This document shows, one piece after another, positions 1 to 12,295 of a DNA stretch of 64,000 nt (the first letter of the stretch is position 1; every line of letters starts with the position of its first letter). The position numbers and the translations under genes are program-made. The DNA lies in the NCBI RefSeq assembly GCF_036321535.1, contig NC_087436.1:46192001-46256000 (forward strand). Reading direction: 5' to 3'. Below the pieces are notes generated by a model. It was given only the letters and a program-made list of their open reading frames with translations, did not search any database and was not told the origin of the DNA. Origin of the DNA: Camelus dromedarius. Its lineage: Eukaryota.

Positions 1-999
1 AAAGTCTGTTCATTTTCTCACTCTTTAACTCTGGTTCAGTTTTTGTGCTGTAGAGGGAAAAAAAAGTATTGTAGTCTTCTAAGTACAAAAGAGTATTCTG
101 ATTATAATAATGATTTCTGAAGCACTTGGCTGTTCTTGAAGTTTTGCCCTGAAGACTTTACAGAAACTTTGGTTTTTGCTACTCTTATTCACTGGAGAGA
201 TAGATTTAAAATGCAGCCAGAAATCTATCAACATTCTACTGTATTTTTGGAGTAGCTGAAGAATTGCTTAGTATGAATTTTAGTCTTCATATGAAAACAC
301 GATTTCAAGGAGCCATGAACTAGTTTCAAAAAACATTCTTGAAGCAAAAACATAATTTAACTGTGTGACTTCTCAGTTTCCCCATTAGGTTGGTTTTCTG
401 CTGTCTGTAAGATGGCATATTGACATGTTCTGTAAACTCAGCGAGGAGAATTCATGATTATATTAACGATAATGCATTTGACTAGCTTCGAAAGAACAGT
501 CTCTGTTCTAGGGGTTTTCAAGGAGGGGAAATGTTTTCAAAAAATTAAGTTTAGTAGGGGGACTAGCAAATGGGCTTATATTGCTGCAAAATACAGCTAT
601 AATCTTAAAAAGAAAACACCCTCTGTAGCTCTCTTTACTATAGTGTTGCTCCTTATTAACTAGCAGGACATAATCTTTTAAACCAGTATTTTGGGGAAAA
701 AACAGATTAATAATCATTACATAACCATTAAGAACTTGGAAGTGGCTTTTCCTGTTCTTGAATGCTATTGCGCTTTCTGTGTGTAAAAATATGCTTTGTG
801 TAGATTATTAGTTGTTAACCACCATTAAGTTGTCCCTTTAGGTCACAACCAACTCACATCCACGTGCCTTCCAGAACAGACCATCTGGCCACTTAAACAT
901 TCTAAAGGCAGCTTGAGATATGGAGTGTTAGTCCTTCTGTTACCCAATAGGAAAGAAAAGACCCCAGTCCTTATTTTACCTGAAAGATAAGATTACAGA

Positions 1000-1475
1000 A
1001 GGGAGACGAAGTACGCTGTGTAGCAAAAGACTTTAAAGGATTTCTAAGTACACCTCCGAGGACGGGAGGCGGGCTGATCCAAGGGGGAATCGCGGTGGTC
1101 TTTGTCTTCCCTTTCTCTTATATCCTTGCTTAGAGGTGGTCTTTTAATTGACTGATGGCCCTTGCCCCTGGAATGCTTAGTCATGTTTGTCCCCTTTGTG
1201 CATGTCCTTACTCATGGAGTATACAGAAAAACCCATGGAGGGGGTTTAACAATGTTAATTATACTACAGTGAGCACTGGGTCCTGTCCGGTCAAGTCCTT
1301 CTCCCTACCGAGGAGTCGTGGCTGTCGGGTTTTAACCGGTTTTCTTTGTTTGTTTGTTTGTTTTTTAGCTGACACTCATTTAGAAGAAGTAAAGTCCCCT
1401 TATGCTGGAGGCGGGCATGACGCCATCTTCCAGACCATCTTCCCTCTCCTCCACCTTATCTGCCTGTGTCCCCGT
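1000..1475. promoter_or_regulatory. Local CpG-enriched segment with two GC boxes and a YY1-type motif (putative regulatory element)
   Basis: About 15 CpGs in ~475 bp against a strongly CpG-depleted background. GGAGGCGGGC at 1065-1074 and 1407-1416; CGCCATCTT at 1421-1429. Confidence 0.35.
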
Positions 1476-1800
1476 TTATCTAATTATCTAACACTTCCTT
1501 GAAAAGTTAGAATTTCTACTGCTTGAGTAAAAAGGCACCTAAAATGCCAAAATAACTGCTCTTCCCATCCCTCCCACTTCTAAAAATACCTTATTTATTT
1601 GCAATCTAGGTTTTCTTTACTGTTTTTGGAAAAGAGAGGAATTTTAAAAACATAGCAAGCTGATGTCGGGGATTTGTTCAAGATAGCAATTTTCAGGTCA
1701 TAACATAAACTCAATTCATAACAACCTTATACTCTATAGTTGCTTGATTTCATACTTAATAACAAAAGAAAAATTAAGCAATGTCTTGGAAAGCTTTAGG

Positions 1801-1940
1801 TTTTTCAGCTTTACTGAGGTATGACTGAGGAAAAAAATACACATTTAGCTTGCACGGTGATTTTTTTTTAAGATGTACAATGTGACGTTTTAATATATGA
1901 ATGCATTGTGAAATGATTACCACAATCAAGTTAATTAACA
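1801..1940 (-). mobile_element. L1 3'-end fragment (L1MA-like)
   Basis: cagctttactgaggtatgactg...gtacaatgtga...cattgtgaaatgattaccacaatcaagttaattaaca matches the antisense L1MA 3' terminus. Confidence 0.75.
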
Positions 1941-2209
1941 GTTTTAGTTTAAAATATAGTTTTATTTTTTGAAAACTGGTGAATGGTGACTAGTATGTTA
2001 TAATTCATAGTTAATTATGTTTATTTAGAAAAGCACTTCTGTACACCATTTTGGATGAAGGTGGAGCTCCTACAGATAAATATCATAAAATGTTTTCTGG
2101 TACTGTTTCAATGAATTAATTTCTTTTCATGTTTAATATTCCAAGTCTGATTTTTTCCTATATGTGCTTTCTTTACCTGTCTACACATTTACATCTCTAC
2201 ATACACGTG

Positions 2210-2878
2210 CATGTTTTGTTGAACCATTTGAATGTGAGTTGTAGACATCATGACACTTCACCACTAAATATTTCAGCATAAATGTTCTAAGAATAAAAAG
2301 CTAACCACAACACTGTTATCATACCTAAGAAAATTAATACTTTTCTAATGTCATTAAATATCCATATATTATATTTAAATTTCCCCAATTTTTTGGGAGG
2401 GGTCAAAATATCTTGAGTTTTTTCATGTCAATCTGTTATATTATAAAAATATCATTTATTCTAAACTATATTAGTCTATATTTTGAGAGTAGTTGTGATT
2501 ATTATTGTTATTAACAAATAGTTTATATAGTGAAAGTACTATAATTATTTTAAATATTTCCTTACTGTTGTATGTTAGGATCAATTCTATTTTTTTCTTC
2601 ATGATGACCATTGTTTCACATTGAGAATGTCTTTTATAGCTAAGTTTTTCTCCCCCAAACTAAAATCAATTTAAGATTTATGCATTGCATTTGGTTGCTA
2701 TGCCTCTTTAGTTCCTTTTAGGGTAGAATATTTTCTTCCCTGACTTAAAAAAAAAAAAAAACTTTTTGAAGAGACCAGGCCAGTTGTCCTATAGAATATC
2801 CCACATTCCAAATTTATGTTTCTTTTTCATAGTGTTATTTCACTTGTTTCACTCTATTTCTTGTGTTTCCTGTAAACT
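2210..2878 (-). mobile_element. Old L1 (L1MC4/5-like) 3' UTR fragments, left part of the element hosting the RPS3A retrocopy
   Basis: aaccatttgaatgtgagttgtagacatcatgacacttcacc...ataccta agaaaattaa and ttgcatttggttgctatgcctcttta...tttttgaagagaccaggccagttgtcctatagaat are typical of L1MC4/5. Confidence 0.7.
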
Positions 2879-3738
2879 TTTTTCCCCAGAAATAAGACTT
2901 TTTATTTGTCACCATTAAGTCTGAATTTTAAGCAGATTCTTGCACTTGTGGCTTGTATCCATCAGCTCACTCAACTTTAGCACCTGCCTCATTCCCAGGA
3001 GCATTTCCAGAACTACTACCTTCACGATGAAGCTCCATGAGTTTTTCCAATTCAAACTTATCATTCTTCAGCACTTTAACTTCTCTAAAGAAGGCATTAC
3101 GAGTTGAGAAATAAATTGGGAAGGCTTTTCTTTGCCTTTTCCAGTGCTCTCCAGAGTCAATTTCTTGGCGACTTATTAAGTCATTTGTCTGCACCTCTTG
3201 GGTCATGATTTCCATCATCTTCTTCCAGATTTGGCAGACTTTACTGGTGCTTAACATAAGAGATCTTCTGACTCTGATTTTGAGACTTTTAGTAAAGACA
3301 ACACAGATTATATGAAGTAAATAATTATCAGTAGCCTTGACATCAACATAAACTTCAATCATGGTCTGCCATTTTTCTGACCATAGAGTACAATTTTTCA
3401 TAAGTAAGATCCATACCACAGAAGTTAGTCATGCAATTTTTCTCCCCTGAACATCCTCAGTAATTATCTTGAATTTTCTAAATGCAACTTTATAATTCTG
3501 CATATCAGCAAGGCTCATTTCAAAAACATGACCCTTGAGGCCATCAGGTCAATTTTGGTTCCTTGAGTTCTTGTGACTAGTGTTTTTCCAATAGTTCTCA
3601 TAGCTAGTGCTTTCACATCCTAGCAATCTTTCTTAGAAAGCAGACCAACCATTTTCTTTTTGGCTCCCTCTTTGCTACCTCCCATAAGGCTCCTGTTCTT
3701 GCCAACTGTCACAGTGCTGCTTGGAGATCCAAAAGGGA
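2879..3738 (-). pseudogene. RPS3A: Processed (retrotransposed) pseudogene of 40S ribosomal protein S3a (eS1)
   Basis: The minus strand follows RPS3A mRNA without introns. It has a 5' pyrimidine tract CCCTTTT (3731-3737), start codon mutated to GTG (3712), and KKD-C-*-DVKA with an in-frame TAG at 3620-3622. Recognisable peptides include KWQTMIEVYVDVKATDNYLL, QIWKKMMEIMTQEVQTNDL, VKVLKNDKFELEKLMELHREGSSSG and the ending ...QESA-TAA (2928-2930). AATAAA lies at 2901-2906, followed by a short poly(A) remnant. Degenerate TSD: gtgtttcctgtaaact (2863-2878) / gtgtttactataaaat (3739-3754). Frameshifts are present. Confidence 0.96.
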
Positions 3739-3754
3739 GTGTTTACTATAAAAT

Positions 3755-3905
3755 TGATATGATTCAGGTTAAGCATTTATGGCAAGAATATTTTATAGGT
3801 GATACTGTCATCCTTTGTTGCTTTAACAGCTGAATAGAATTCCACTGAATAGATGTGTAATTAAAAAAATACTGTTAATGGATGAACATTTGGGTTGTTT
3901 CTCAT
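3755..3905 (-). mobile_element. Continuation of the old L1 after the RPS3A insertion
   Basis: gattcaggttaagcatttatggcaagaatattttataggtgata resumes the L1MC consensus directly after the TSD. Confidence 0.6.
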
Positions 3906-6384
3906 CTTAAAACCTCTTTTAAACATATAGTAAAGCACTTTGGTGAAGAGAAGGGAATAGTGAAAATTTTGCTCCATATTTTCATCTTCCTTGTTCAGTC
4001 CTGTTGAAGTGCTTAATATTTTTATGTTTTCTTTGGTCCTAAAGGAGACCGAGGGAGTTAGCATTCACTTGTATGGAAGGCACCAGTTTAAGACCAAGGC
4101 AAATACTTGAATCTCAGTGTGATTATTCAAGCTATTAAAAGGATTATCACCAAATAGTGAAGTGTTCTTGCATTGGCTCTGCTCTGACGGCTTCTGAGAA
4201 TATGTTTGCTCTGAAACTAGGGGTGCAGATCAGTTTGTGGATGAATGCTAGGAACCCTAGCTTCCTCAAATGATGATGTAGACCCTTTGTGAGCTGCTAC
4301 AACCTGCCCATCCTTCAGTATCCTTAGAATCATTAGATTGAGATTTCTTTATTAGAGCTGACTACTCATGTTTGTACCCTTAATTGTAGAATTTTCAGAA
4401 CTCGTCTGGTCTGTAGAAAACTTGTTTTATGAAGTATCTTTTATATTAGGTTGTTTGTTCTTATATACTTTTTTACTTTTCAAGAAATCATAGTGTGCTT
4501 CTAATTATGAGAGAGGTGTATTTTTAAAAAAATCATAAAGTTACATTCCTTATGGCTAAACACTAAATCAACTGCATTTCTTGGTCCTTGACTACAAAAG
4601 TCTTACAGATATAATTAAAGCAGAATTTGAACTCAAATATTAATCCAGTTGTAACAAATTGGAGGATTAGTTTACTTTCTTAAGAAAAACCATTTGTCAA
4701 GAGAGTTCTTCAAGGGAGGTGAACCTTTTGTCCAGGTCACCAATTCTTCGTGGACAGAATTGAAACTGAAAGGTGTTCCATGGGGAAAATATTTTTATTT
4801 TAACTACATCATTAACAGAAAGCAATTTTTCACAGTTAGCCAGACCTAAGTACTCAGTGTAGCATATTGTAAATTTTATAAGAAATGCATTTCTCATGTA
4901 TTTGGTAGTATATTTAATTCTTCGGAATACTGCAGGAACCAGTAAATGGCCATTCAGCTGTACAAATATACCTTTCATAAGAAAAACATAAAAAAAAAAA
5001 CCCAAGGAATTACAGGACTAAATTCAATAAAAATTAATAGTTTAAGCCAACCAGCCTTTTTCTTTGATGAAACTGCCAAATGTTTCTTATTTCAATATAC
5101 CATTTCAACATATATGAAATATGAATGCTAGATAGATGGTATAATCATTGTACATTTATAAGCCCCATAGTTGCATGCTGTCTGACTAGCAGATTGTACA
5201 GGGTTTGAAATTACATAGATCAAGTTCTATTACTGTGCTGCAGAGAGGTGGCCTGAACTGATGTGCTGATTCAATTCAAGTTCATTAAAATAATGGCACA
5301 TTATTACATTTGAGAAAATATTTACATGCAAGTCATGGTGTGACATCATAATAATAAGGTGTATTAATTTGGCCAGAAAACTCAAATATTGGGTTGTACA
5401 AGCAGAATCAGATACATGGAAATGCTATATAATCTAAGTTCTGTGAAAGATGGTTCCAAGGTATTTACTATTGAGTGGAATTTCTCTGTGATCTATCTAT
5501 GTGTTAATATTTTCAATAAAGACTCATTTGTTGTTTAAGTTTAGGAAAGCAGATTTTCTTGGGACATTGCTCTGATGTTTACATGCAGGAAAAATCCAAG
5601 TTAGTTGCTAGATACTTTGAGAGGAGAAATTTTTAAAAAATTCTGTTTCAAAACTGAAGAAATCACTAAGATTTCCCCTCCTCCCTCTCTTGCCCTACTC
5701 CTGCCTCTCGTCTTTCAATCAGGCTAATTACTTGAAGCAACTTGGGCTTTAAGGAAAGTTCTAAATTAGTACGAACGTGTGGATGATGATGGACTTTACA
5801 CAGGGGTTTTCTGTCGGTTTGGTTAAATATATTGTCACTGAGAGAACAGGGGTCCTAATCCCACTGAAGTTTTCAATCATCCCTTTCAGAAGCATGGGTG
5901 GAAGGATACCAAGGAGAAGGCGAAGGGGGACCTAAAATGCTGCATTAGTGACAGCACTATGCCTGGAGCAAGTAGGTGGTAGTTCTACTGTGTGATGCAC
6001 AGTTTGAACCACACACACAGCATTTTGTTTAGCTCTAAAGGAAATACTGACAAATTAGAGCAGTTCTAGAGAAAAGCAATGAGGATGAAAAACATCTAAA
6101 ATTTATCTGTAATAACAGCTGAAGAAAATGGGAACATTTAGCTTGAAAAAGACAAGGGCTAAAGATGGTGGTAGAGATGTTGAGGAAAGCGGAGCAGTTG
6201 TCATCGGATGTGTGGTGGACCATGTCTGCTTAGACCTGCAGGGCAGAACTTGAATCTGGGCAGAAGGTAACAGGGAATGAATCTTGGTGTCCCTCCTCCT
6301 CCAACAAGATTATTTAAAAATGGCTTCCTTTTGATGTGGTGGGCTGTCCTTCATTGGGAGAGTTCAAGAATTACAGTACGAATA

Positions 6385-6640
6385 GTTATTAAATGCATAC
6401 TATGTGTCAAACTCTGTCTTAGGTGTACAAAATAATATGACATAATCTTTATCCATGAGAGCTCACAGTCTAGTAAAAGGAGACACATGTGTAATAAGCA
6501 CAATGAAATGTTATCTGTTCTATGAGAGCAGTACAGATGGAGAAGCGTGAGCCAGGGAAGACTGTAGAAGAGATTGTCTTTGAGCTTAACACTGAACATT
6601 GTGTGGGTGTTTGCCCAGTGGAGGGAAGTTGAGAGGAAGG
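6385..6640 (-). mobile_element. L2 LINE 3' fragment
   Basis: tactatgtgtcaaactctgtcttagg...gagctcacagtctagt...tttgagcttaacactgaa are antisense L2 motifs. Confidence 0.6.
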
Positions 6641-8469
6641 AAAAACACTCACATGACTTCCCAGCAAAGATTTTCTAGGAAGGCTTTTACTGCTCTGGCA
6701 TCAGGGTGGTGAGTAGATCACCCCCAGGGCCTGTTACAGTTCTGCAGCTCTATCAAGTGATTGCCTTCTAAAAAAAACTTTACAGAGAGAAACCTAACAT
6801 TGTGCTATATTCTTAATTTTGCCTGGAGTTGAAGAGAAATTGTCATTTCTATTAATATTTCTTATATAAAGAGTGAAGGAAACAATTACTAAGACTCTGG
6901 GAAAATGCCTTTTGGCATTAAAGAGCACTTGTTTCCAAGTGAAGACAGATGCCCTCTCCAATCCTCTTTTCTTCTCCCTCAGACACGTCTGCATATTCTA
7001 CAGTTGACTACATTCACTGTTCTCTATTCTGTGTGGCAAGATGTTACAAAGAGGGTCACTCATATCTCTGTCTTGCTTTGTGCCCAGACACACTAATCTT
7101 TTTGTTAAGCCATGGTTGGTCACCTCAGACTAAACCCTATGAAACCTCTGGGGAAAAGTGGCTTGTGATGAACTTTTGTGACAGGCAGCCATCCGTTCAA
7201 AGCCCGTGTAGTGTTAGGGTTGAAGGAAACCATAATGGTCCATGAGAAGAGGCTCACAGGGGTCCTTTTTCAGGGCAAAAGGACAGATGATTTTCTCCAC
7301 TTGAGATTGTACACAATGCACAATAGCGCCAGTCGTTGCTTCCCAACCACGCCACATGCCCGCCTTCTTCACGATGGGAACATACACTTTTTATAGACCC
7401 AGCAGGGGGACATTTACTCGTTGCTACTGTCTTTTCAGCTGTTTTGTTGGGATGCTAAGCCTGCCCTTTTGTAGAGTGACAAAAAGGTATTTAGTAAAAC
7501 ATTGGCTCCATGAAGAGGGCCATTGTAGATACATGTCCCTTCTGTGTAAAACCTAATTTTGTATTTTAAACACAATCAAAAGAAAGTTCAATAATCAATA
7601 ACTCTGGGTCTCAATTATTTGTGGTAAAATATAATCAATGGTTTTTACTGTGCTAACACATGCTGAAAAGTTTCATAAAGTTAATCATCTGTGTATTATA
7701 TAAGATACACAGTATAATGGTTCCAGACAATTTGTAAGTATTATAACCATATGTACTGTACCAACCTACTTAAATATCTATTGTACCAGTTTTACTTGCT
7801 GAATTTAGTAGTTATTTTTCAGTTATATATAGAATATGATTTTTCTATTTATATTTTCAAGTCTTAAGTACTTAATTTAACTATAAAAAAAGATAGTGTT
7901 ATATATTTCTCTGAATTCTTAAACTATTTTAACAGAAATAAATTGGTGAGATAATTTTTAGCATCTTTAGGTGATTCCTCTCTCCCTTAGGATTTGGCAT
8001 ATTTCCCACATATTCAACAATATTAATATATAATGTTAGATGAAAGAATCTTTATGTGTTCACTAAATGGAAGATAATAATCTGCTTTCCATAGTTGTCG
8101 ACTAATCTATGGAAATGATTTCTCCCTCTGTAAATCAGTCTAAAGCTAAATAGAATAGCTGTTTAATTTATTAGAATCCTGTTAAATTATTTAAATTTCA
8201 TCTCTCAGCAGATTTTTAATTAAATTTTGATTTACAAGATTTTTTTTTAACAAAAAAATAAATAGAACATTTGATTGACAGGAAAATAAAAGATGCTTTG
8301 AAAAATTTGGAACCCTGTAATGTATATACAAAGAAACATAATACATGATTGATTTTTTAAGGTGTGTGGTACTGACTGTATATGCTATTCAGAGGAAAGA
8401 GGAGTCAGGTTTGTGTGTCAGGCAGTCCTACTTTTTGCCATGTGAAGAAGAAATGTCCTTTAACAATTC

Positions 8470-8590
8470 TTTATTTTTACAGTCATTTGATCTCTATAAC
8501 ACCCTGGACAGCAGATATGACAGGCATTACTGTCACAATTTGCATAGAAGAAAACTGAGACCCAGAGGTAATGCCACCTGCCCAAGGTGG
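8470..8590 (-). mobile_element. MIR SINE fragment
   Basis: Core motif agaagaaaactgagacccagagg...tgcccaaggt. Confidence 0.7.
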
Positions 8591-9224
8591 AGGTGTTAGC
8601 CTTTTCTTTTTCTAATTACTAGGATGGGTCTCCTGCTGACGCAAAGAGTAATTATTTCCTTTAAGTAGGATTGCTGACGCACTGAGAAGGATGGCCTTTA
8701 CTACTTTTGATAATATTGGAAACCTTTGGCTCAAACATAATTGCTTTCAACCAACTAATTATGTCTATTCAGAAGTAATAATCATATGAAAACACATTAT
8801 TTTGAAACCTTGGCCTTTTATTATCTTCTGGCAAGCAAGAAATGGAAAGGTTACATTAATTTTCTGTATATTAATAATCATTCAGTGGCCCAATTTGCTG
8901 ATGTAGTTCAGTGCCAATTTAGTTCTTCCACATGACTATATAAGATTCTGTGTGGCACTTGGCTAATTTGAGGTAAATTTAAAATTTCAGTGATTAGCAT
9001 TTAGTTTAATAAAAACCTGGAGATTTATTTCTTACATAGTCAGTTCACTTTTAGTTAAAAAAAATCTTGTTACCTTTTGTTGGAAGACTTCTATTTAGTA
9101 ATTTGGACAACTGCAATAATCTTTGTTCTTGTGTAAATTGAGACTCTGGTAAGCATGGGTTCTTTTAGTGGGCTGATGGGTTGGGGAGCCGGTTCCAAAG
9201 GAAGTAATCCAGTGGAATGTTCTC

Positions 9225-9452
9225 CATTCTCCTCTGCCTGGTATATGCCTGCTCACCCTTCAAGACCTGCTCAAATGTCTGTTTAGATGATATGCCTCCT
9301 CCCAGATCTTCCAGACAAGGTAGAAGCTCTATTGAGGACTCGCTATAGCACTCTCATAGTAATACCTCGTCCCATCTCAAGTATTTGTTGTTGGGCCTGT
9401 CTGGCCTGCACGGTGCCTCCCTCATAGCACATGCTCAATGTATGTTTGATGG
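9225..9452 (+). mobile_element. L2 3' fragment
   Basis: cctctgcctgg...cccttcaagacctgctcaaatgtc...tgctcaatgtatgtttgatgg. Confidence 0.55.
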
Positions 9453-10633
9453 AAAACCCCCTGCTTTCAAAGAGCTTTAGGAAGAGTTGGGAAACAAATA
9501 CAAATATCAATGAACTCATATTACAAAAATGATTATATGGCTAATCCTAGATAATGCTCTCATAATTAACTTTTTTATTCTATATCCTTTGAATAATGGA
9601 GTTGGATTAAATGACTTCCAAGGTATATTCTTGCTTTAAAATTTGGCCATGTAAGGGCAGTAATAATTTGATGTATTTTAGTAATGGCACATAGAAAGTG
9701 GTGGTTCATTTGCGCACTGTTGCACACATTAATGAAAAACTTCAGCCCCCTCTATTTTATTGTGATGCAGCTGGAAAGAGACTTCTGGATTCTTAACTCA
9801 ACTTTTAAAAAATTTACAAAAATGCACTGCATGCTAAGTTAAGTGAGAATTTCCAGAAAAAAAGTGTTTAAAATGAAAACATTGATAGAATTTTGAGAGG
9901 ATTTCGGATTTTTTTTCCCCTGCCAATTCTTTGAAAAAGTTTAGCATGAATACTGTAAAAGTTGTATATATTCTCTGCAGGTTCTCAGCTCCATCTTAAA
10001 ATTTGAAGTAAAAAGTAACTCATCAGTATGAAAAATAACTATGGTGACCAGGGTTGAAGTTTTTTATATAATGAACTCCCTGGAAAGGTGCTGGTCAAAT
10101 TTCTCTTCTGCATAGTTCATGGCATGCAACTGGTACTCAATAATATTTAATATAATGAATTACAGAGGCTTTGAAAATTTAGGCCTCACAAGACCAAATC
10201 CAAGATGGTAGACAGGATTTTCACATTACTGTGAAGACAAGGTAGAAGTTGACATAGTTGGTCTCCTGGGAATGTTTCATCACACAAGTGAAAGAGCTAT
10301 ATTCACCTAATTTATTTTAGCGAGGGAAAGACTATTCTTTTTAATAGCCGCTTATTTAAAGCCACAGAGAAAAGAAGGCCAGAGGAAATAATACCATTTT
10401 CAGCTAGATAAAATAGCATGTAGTACACTATAAAATCTGACATTTTCTCTCCCAGTTTCCTTTAACAGCTAACATTATTTTATTTGCATTCACTAAATTT
10501 ACATTTCGCCCTTGCTTTTCTGTTATTAGGAATGTTGCATGTAAGTGTTTTTGAGTAAAAATAATAATAAAAAAGAAAACTAGCACTGTATTCTAAATTA
10601 ATGCAAAAAAGGATGTTGGTTATTTTCCACTGA

Positions 10634-10870
10634 GGCAGCAGTGGTGTAGCCAGTGGGCAGAACTCAGGCTTTGGAACCAGATAGAGCTGGCCCTAATGCT
10701 GATTTATCTACTCATCAACTGCTTGACCTGGGGCAAATGACTGGTATCTATCCAGCCTCAGTTTTCTCATCCTTAAAAGAGATATATTAATCTCCATTAA
10801 GAATTAGAAACAACACATGGTAGGCTTCTAGCGTAATGCTGGCACATAGGAAGGTGTTCAATAAATGGAA
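10634..10870 (+). mobile_element. MIR SINE, near full length
   Basis: ggctttggaaccaga...tgacctggggcaaatgac...gcctcagttttctcatc...tggcacataggaaggtgttcaataaatg. Confidence 0.85.
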
Positions 10871-11056
10871 TATAATTGTGCTGGCTAAGTCTTAGATGCC
10901 TTTGGTCTTTAAATGCTAGTGCTTATTGAAAGAATGCTATGCCGTAGATTTTTCAGTGCATCAAACATGGCCTGACACATGGAAGAGTCTTGATAGATAT
11001 TTACAGAGTAAATGAACCGGTGTAATTTTCTGCAAAAAGGGCCTGGTCACATAAAT

Positions 11057-11478
11057 TGTTGGAGTTGTGTAGTATAAATGTGGAATAGGGATAATTGAGA
11101 AAAAGCTCGAGAGTGAAGAAGTAGCTCAAAACGCCTGAGCTGTCATGAAGCAGGGCTGGACTGCCTCCTACAGGGGAAGGGTCCAGGAGAGGGTCCTGCC
11201 CCTCAAGGCTTTACAGATTTATATGGAGGGACAAAGGAGTAGCAAGGGTGAGTCACTGTGAGGGAGGGAACCAGGAGGAGGTGGTCTCCACAGCAAGGGA
11301 TCTTCGGATCTCAGAGGCCGCAGAGCTTGTCCTTCTGTTGAGCCAACTCACACCTGTGAGGCCAGCTTTTATCCCCCCTGCGTGGTGGAAGTAGTCCTAT
11401 TTAGCAAATAACCTTTATGGGTTCATTCATATTAGTTTATCATGATTGGCTTGTAATCTTTTTGTTTCATGAACAACA
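11057..11478 (-). mobile_element. Probable solo ERV LTR
   Basis: Purine/GC-richer 422-bp block bounded by TGTTG...CAACA inverted ends. The minus strand carries CCAAT (11445-11449), AP-1 TGACTCA (11249-11255) and TATA-like ATATAAA (11218-11224) in U3-like order. The TSD is not clean and I cannot name the family. Confidence 0.5.
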
Positions 11479-11885
11479 GTATTACATTTGTGCATGTCTT
11501 TGGCTCTACTTATTTCACTTTAGAATATGTTGTTGGTTTTGAATAAGTTACACAGGTTAACTGTACAAGAATATAAAGATAAAAGAGGTCTTTTTCTCTA
11601 GAAAACTGCTCATCTAGTCAGAAGAAAGCATACTAACCTATTTCTTGTGAGGCTTATGCATGCAAGTATATATGTTCCATATGCTTTATTAATTTGGACA
11701 GTGGTCACCACTTTTCGACCTCATAACAGCAGTAATTTGCAACATAAAATACAAGCATCATGATTAAATGTGCATAAATATGTTCCCTAATTGTAACATT
11801 TCCTTGAAATGAAAACAAAACAAAGGGGGAAAAAAGCTCAAATAACTGCAGACAGATGTCCTTTGGTCACCCAAATCTCTTAATG

Positions 11886-11924
11886 CTATTACCTCTTGTA
11901 CTATTACCTCTTGTACTATTACCT
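11886..11924. repeat. 15-bp tandem repeat (ctattacctcttgta) x2.6
   Basis: Exact copies at 11886-11900 and 11901-11915, partial copy at 11916-11924. Confidence 0.95.
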
Positions 11925-12295
11925 GGGGCAAAAATAATTGGGTTTTGTAAAAACAGTGTTCTCTTTGTAATATATTTCAGATATTCACACCTTTCTTTAA
12001 AAAAATTTTTAAAGGTGAATTTTAATCAATGGGATGATTTACTTGCAGTCCAGATTTTATGGTGAATTAAGTTCCACATTTTAAAGTTTTAGATTTTCCC
12101 CCAAATAATCTTTCCCACAACGCACAATTTTTCCATATTAACAAAATGATCTGGCTGAATGGATGTCATAGGTAAGATAAGACAATGTGGGCTAATCCAA
12201 ACCTCAGATGAAGTCAGGTTTGATTAAAGCTCTTCTAGGCTGTCTTATACTGTGTTATCCATAAGGGGCATATACAAAGCTGTACTGACTAAATT

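Noticed and set aside
1155..1502. 115-aa ORF near the CpG patch
   Set aside because: No recognisable homology, runs through a (TTTG)n tract, and has no supporting splice or Kozak context.
2967..3419. 150-aa ORF as a functional RPS3A gene
   Set aside because: It is a frameshift mosaic within an intronless retrocopy that lacks the ATG and has an upstream in-frame stop.
8362..8408. Possible 47-nt exon encoding VCGTDCICYSEERGV (superficially Kazal-like)
   Set aside because: Short pyrimidine tract, weak gtttgt donor, and the motif departs from the Kazal VCGxDGxTY pattern.
11698..11875. Possible hAT DNA transposon remnant beginning cagtggtcacc
   Set aside because: Only a terminal-like motif is visible; I found no matching inverted end or 8-bp TSD.
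11886..11924. Short direct repeats as CRISPR-like arrays (also 42444-42483, 33397-33425)
   Set aside because: Adjacent slippage duplications without unique spacers, in eukaryotic DNA with no cas genes.
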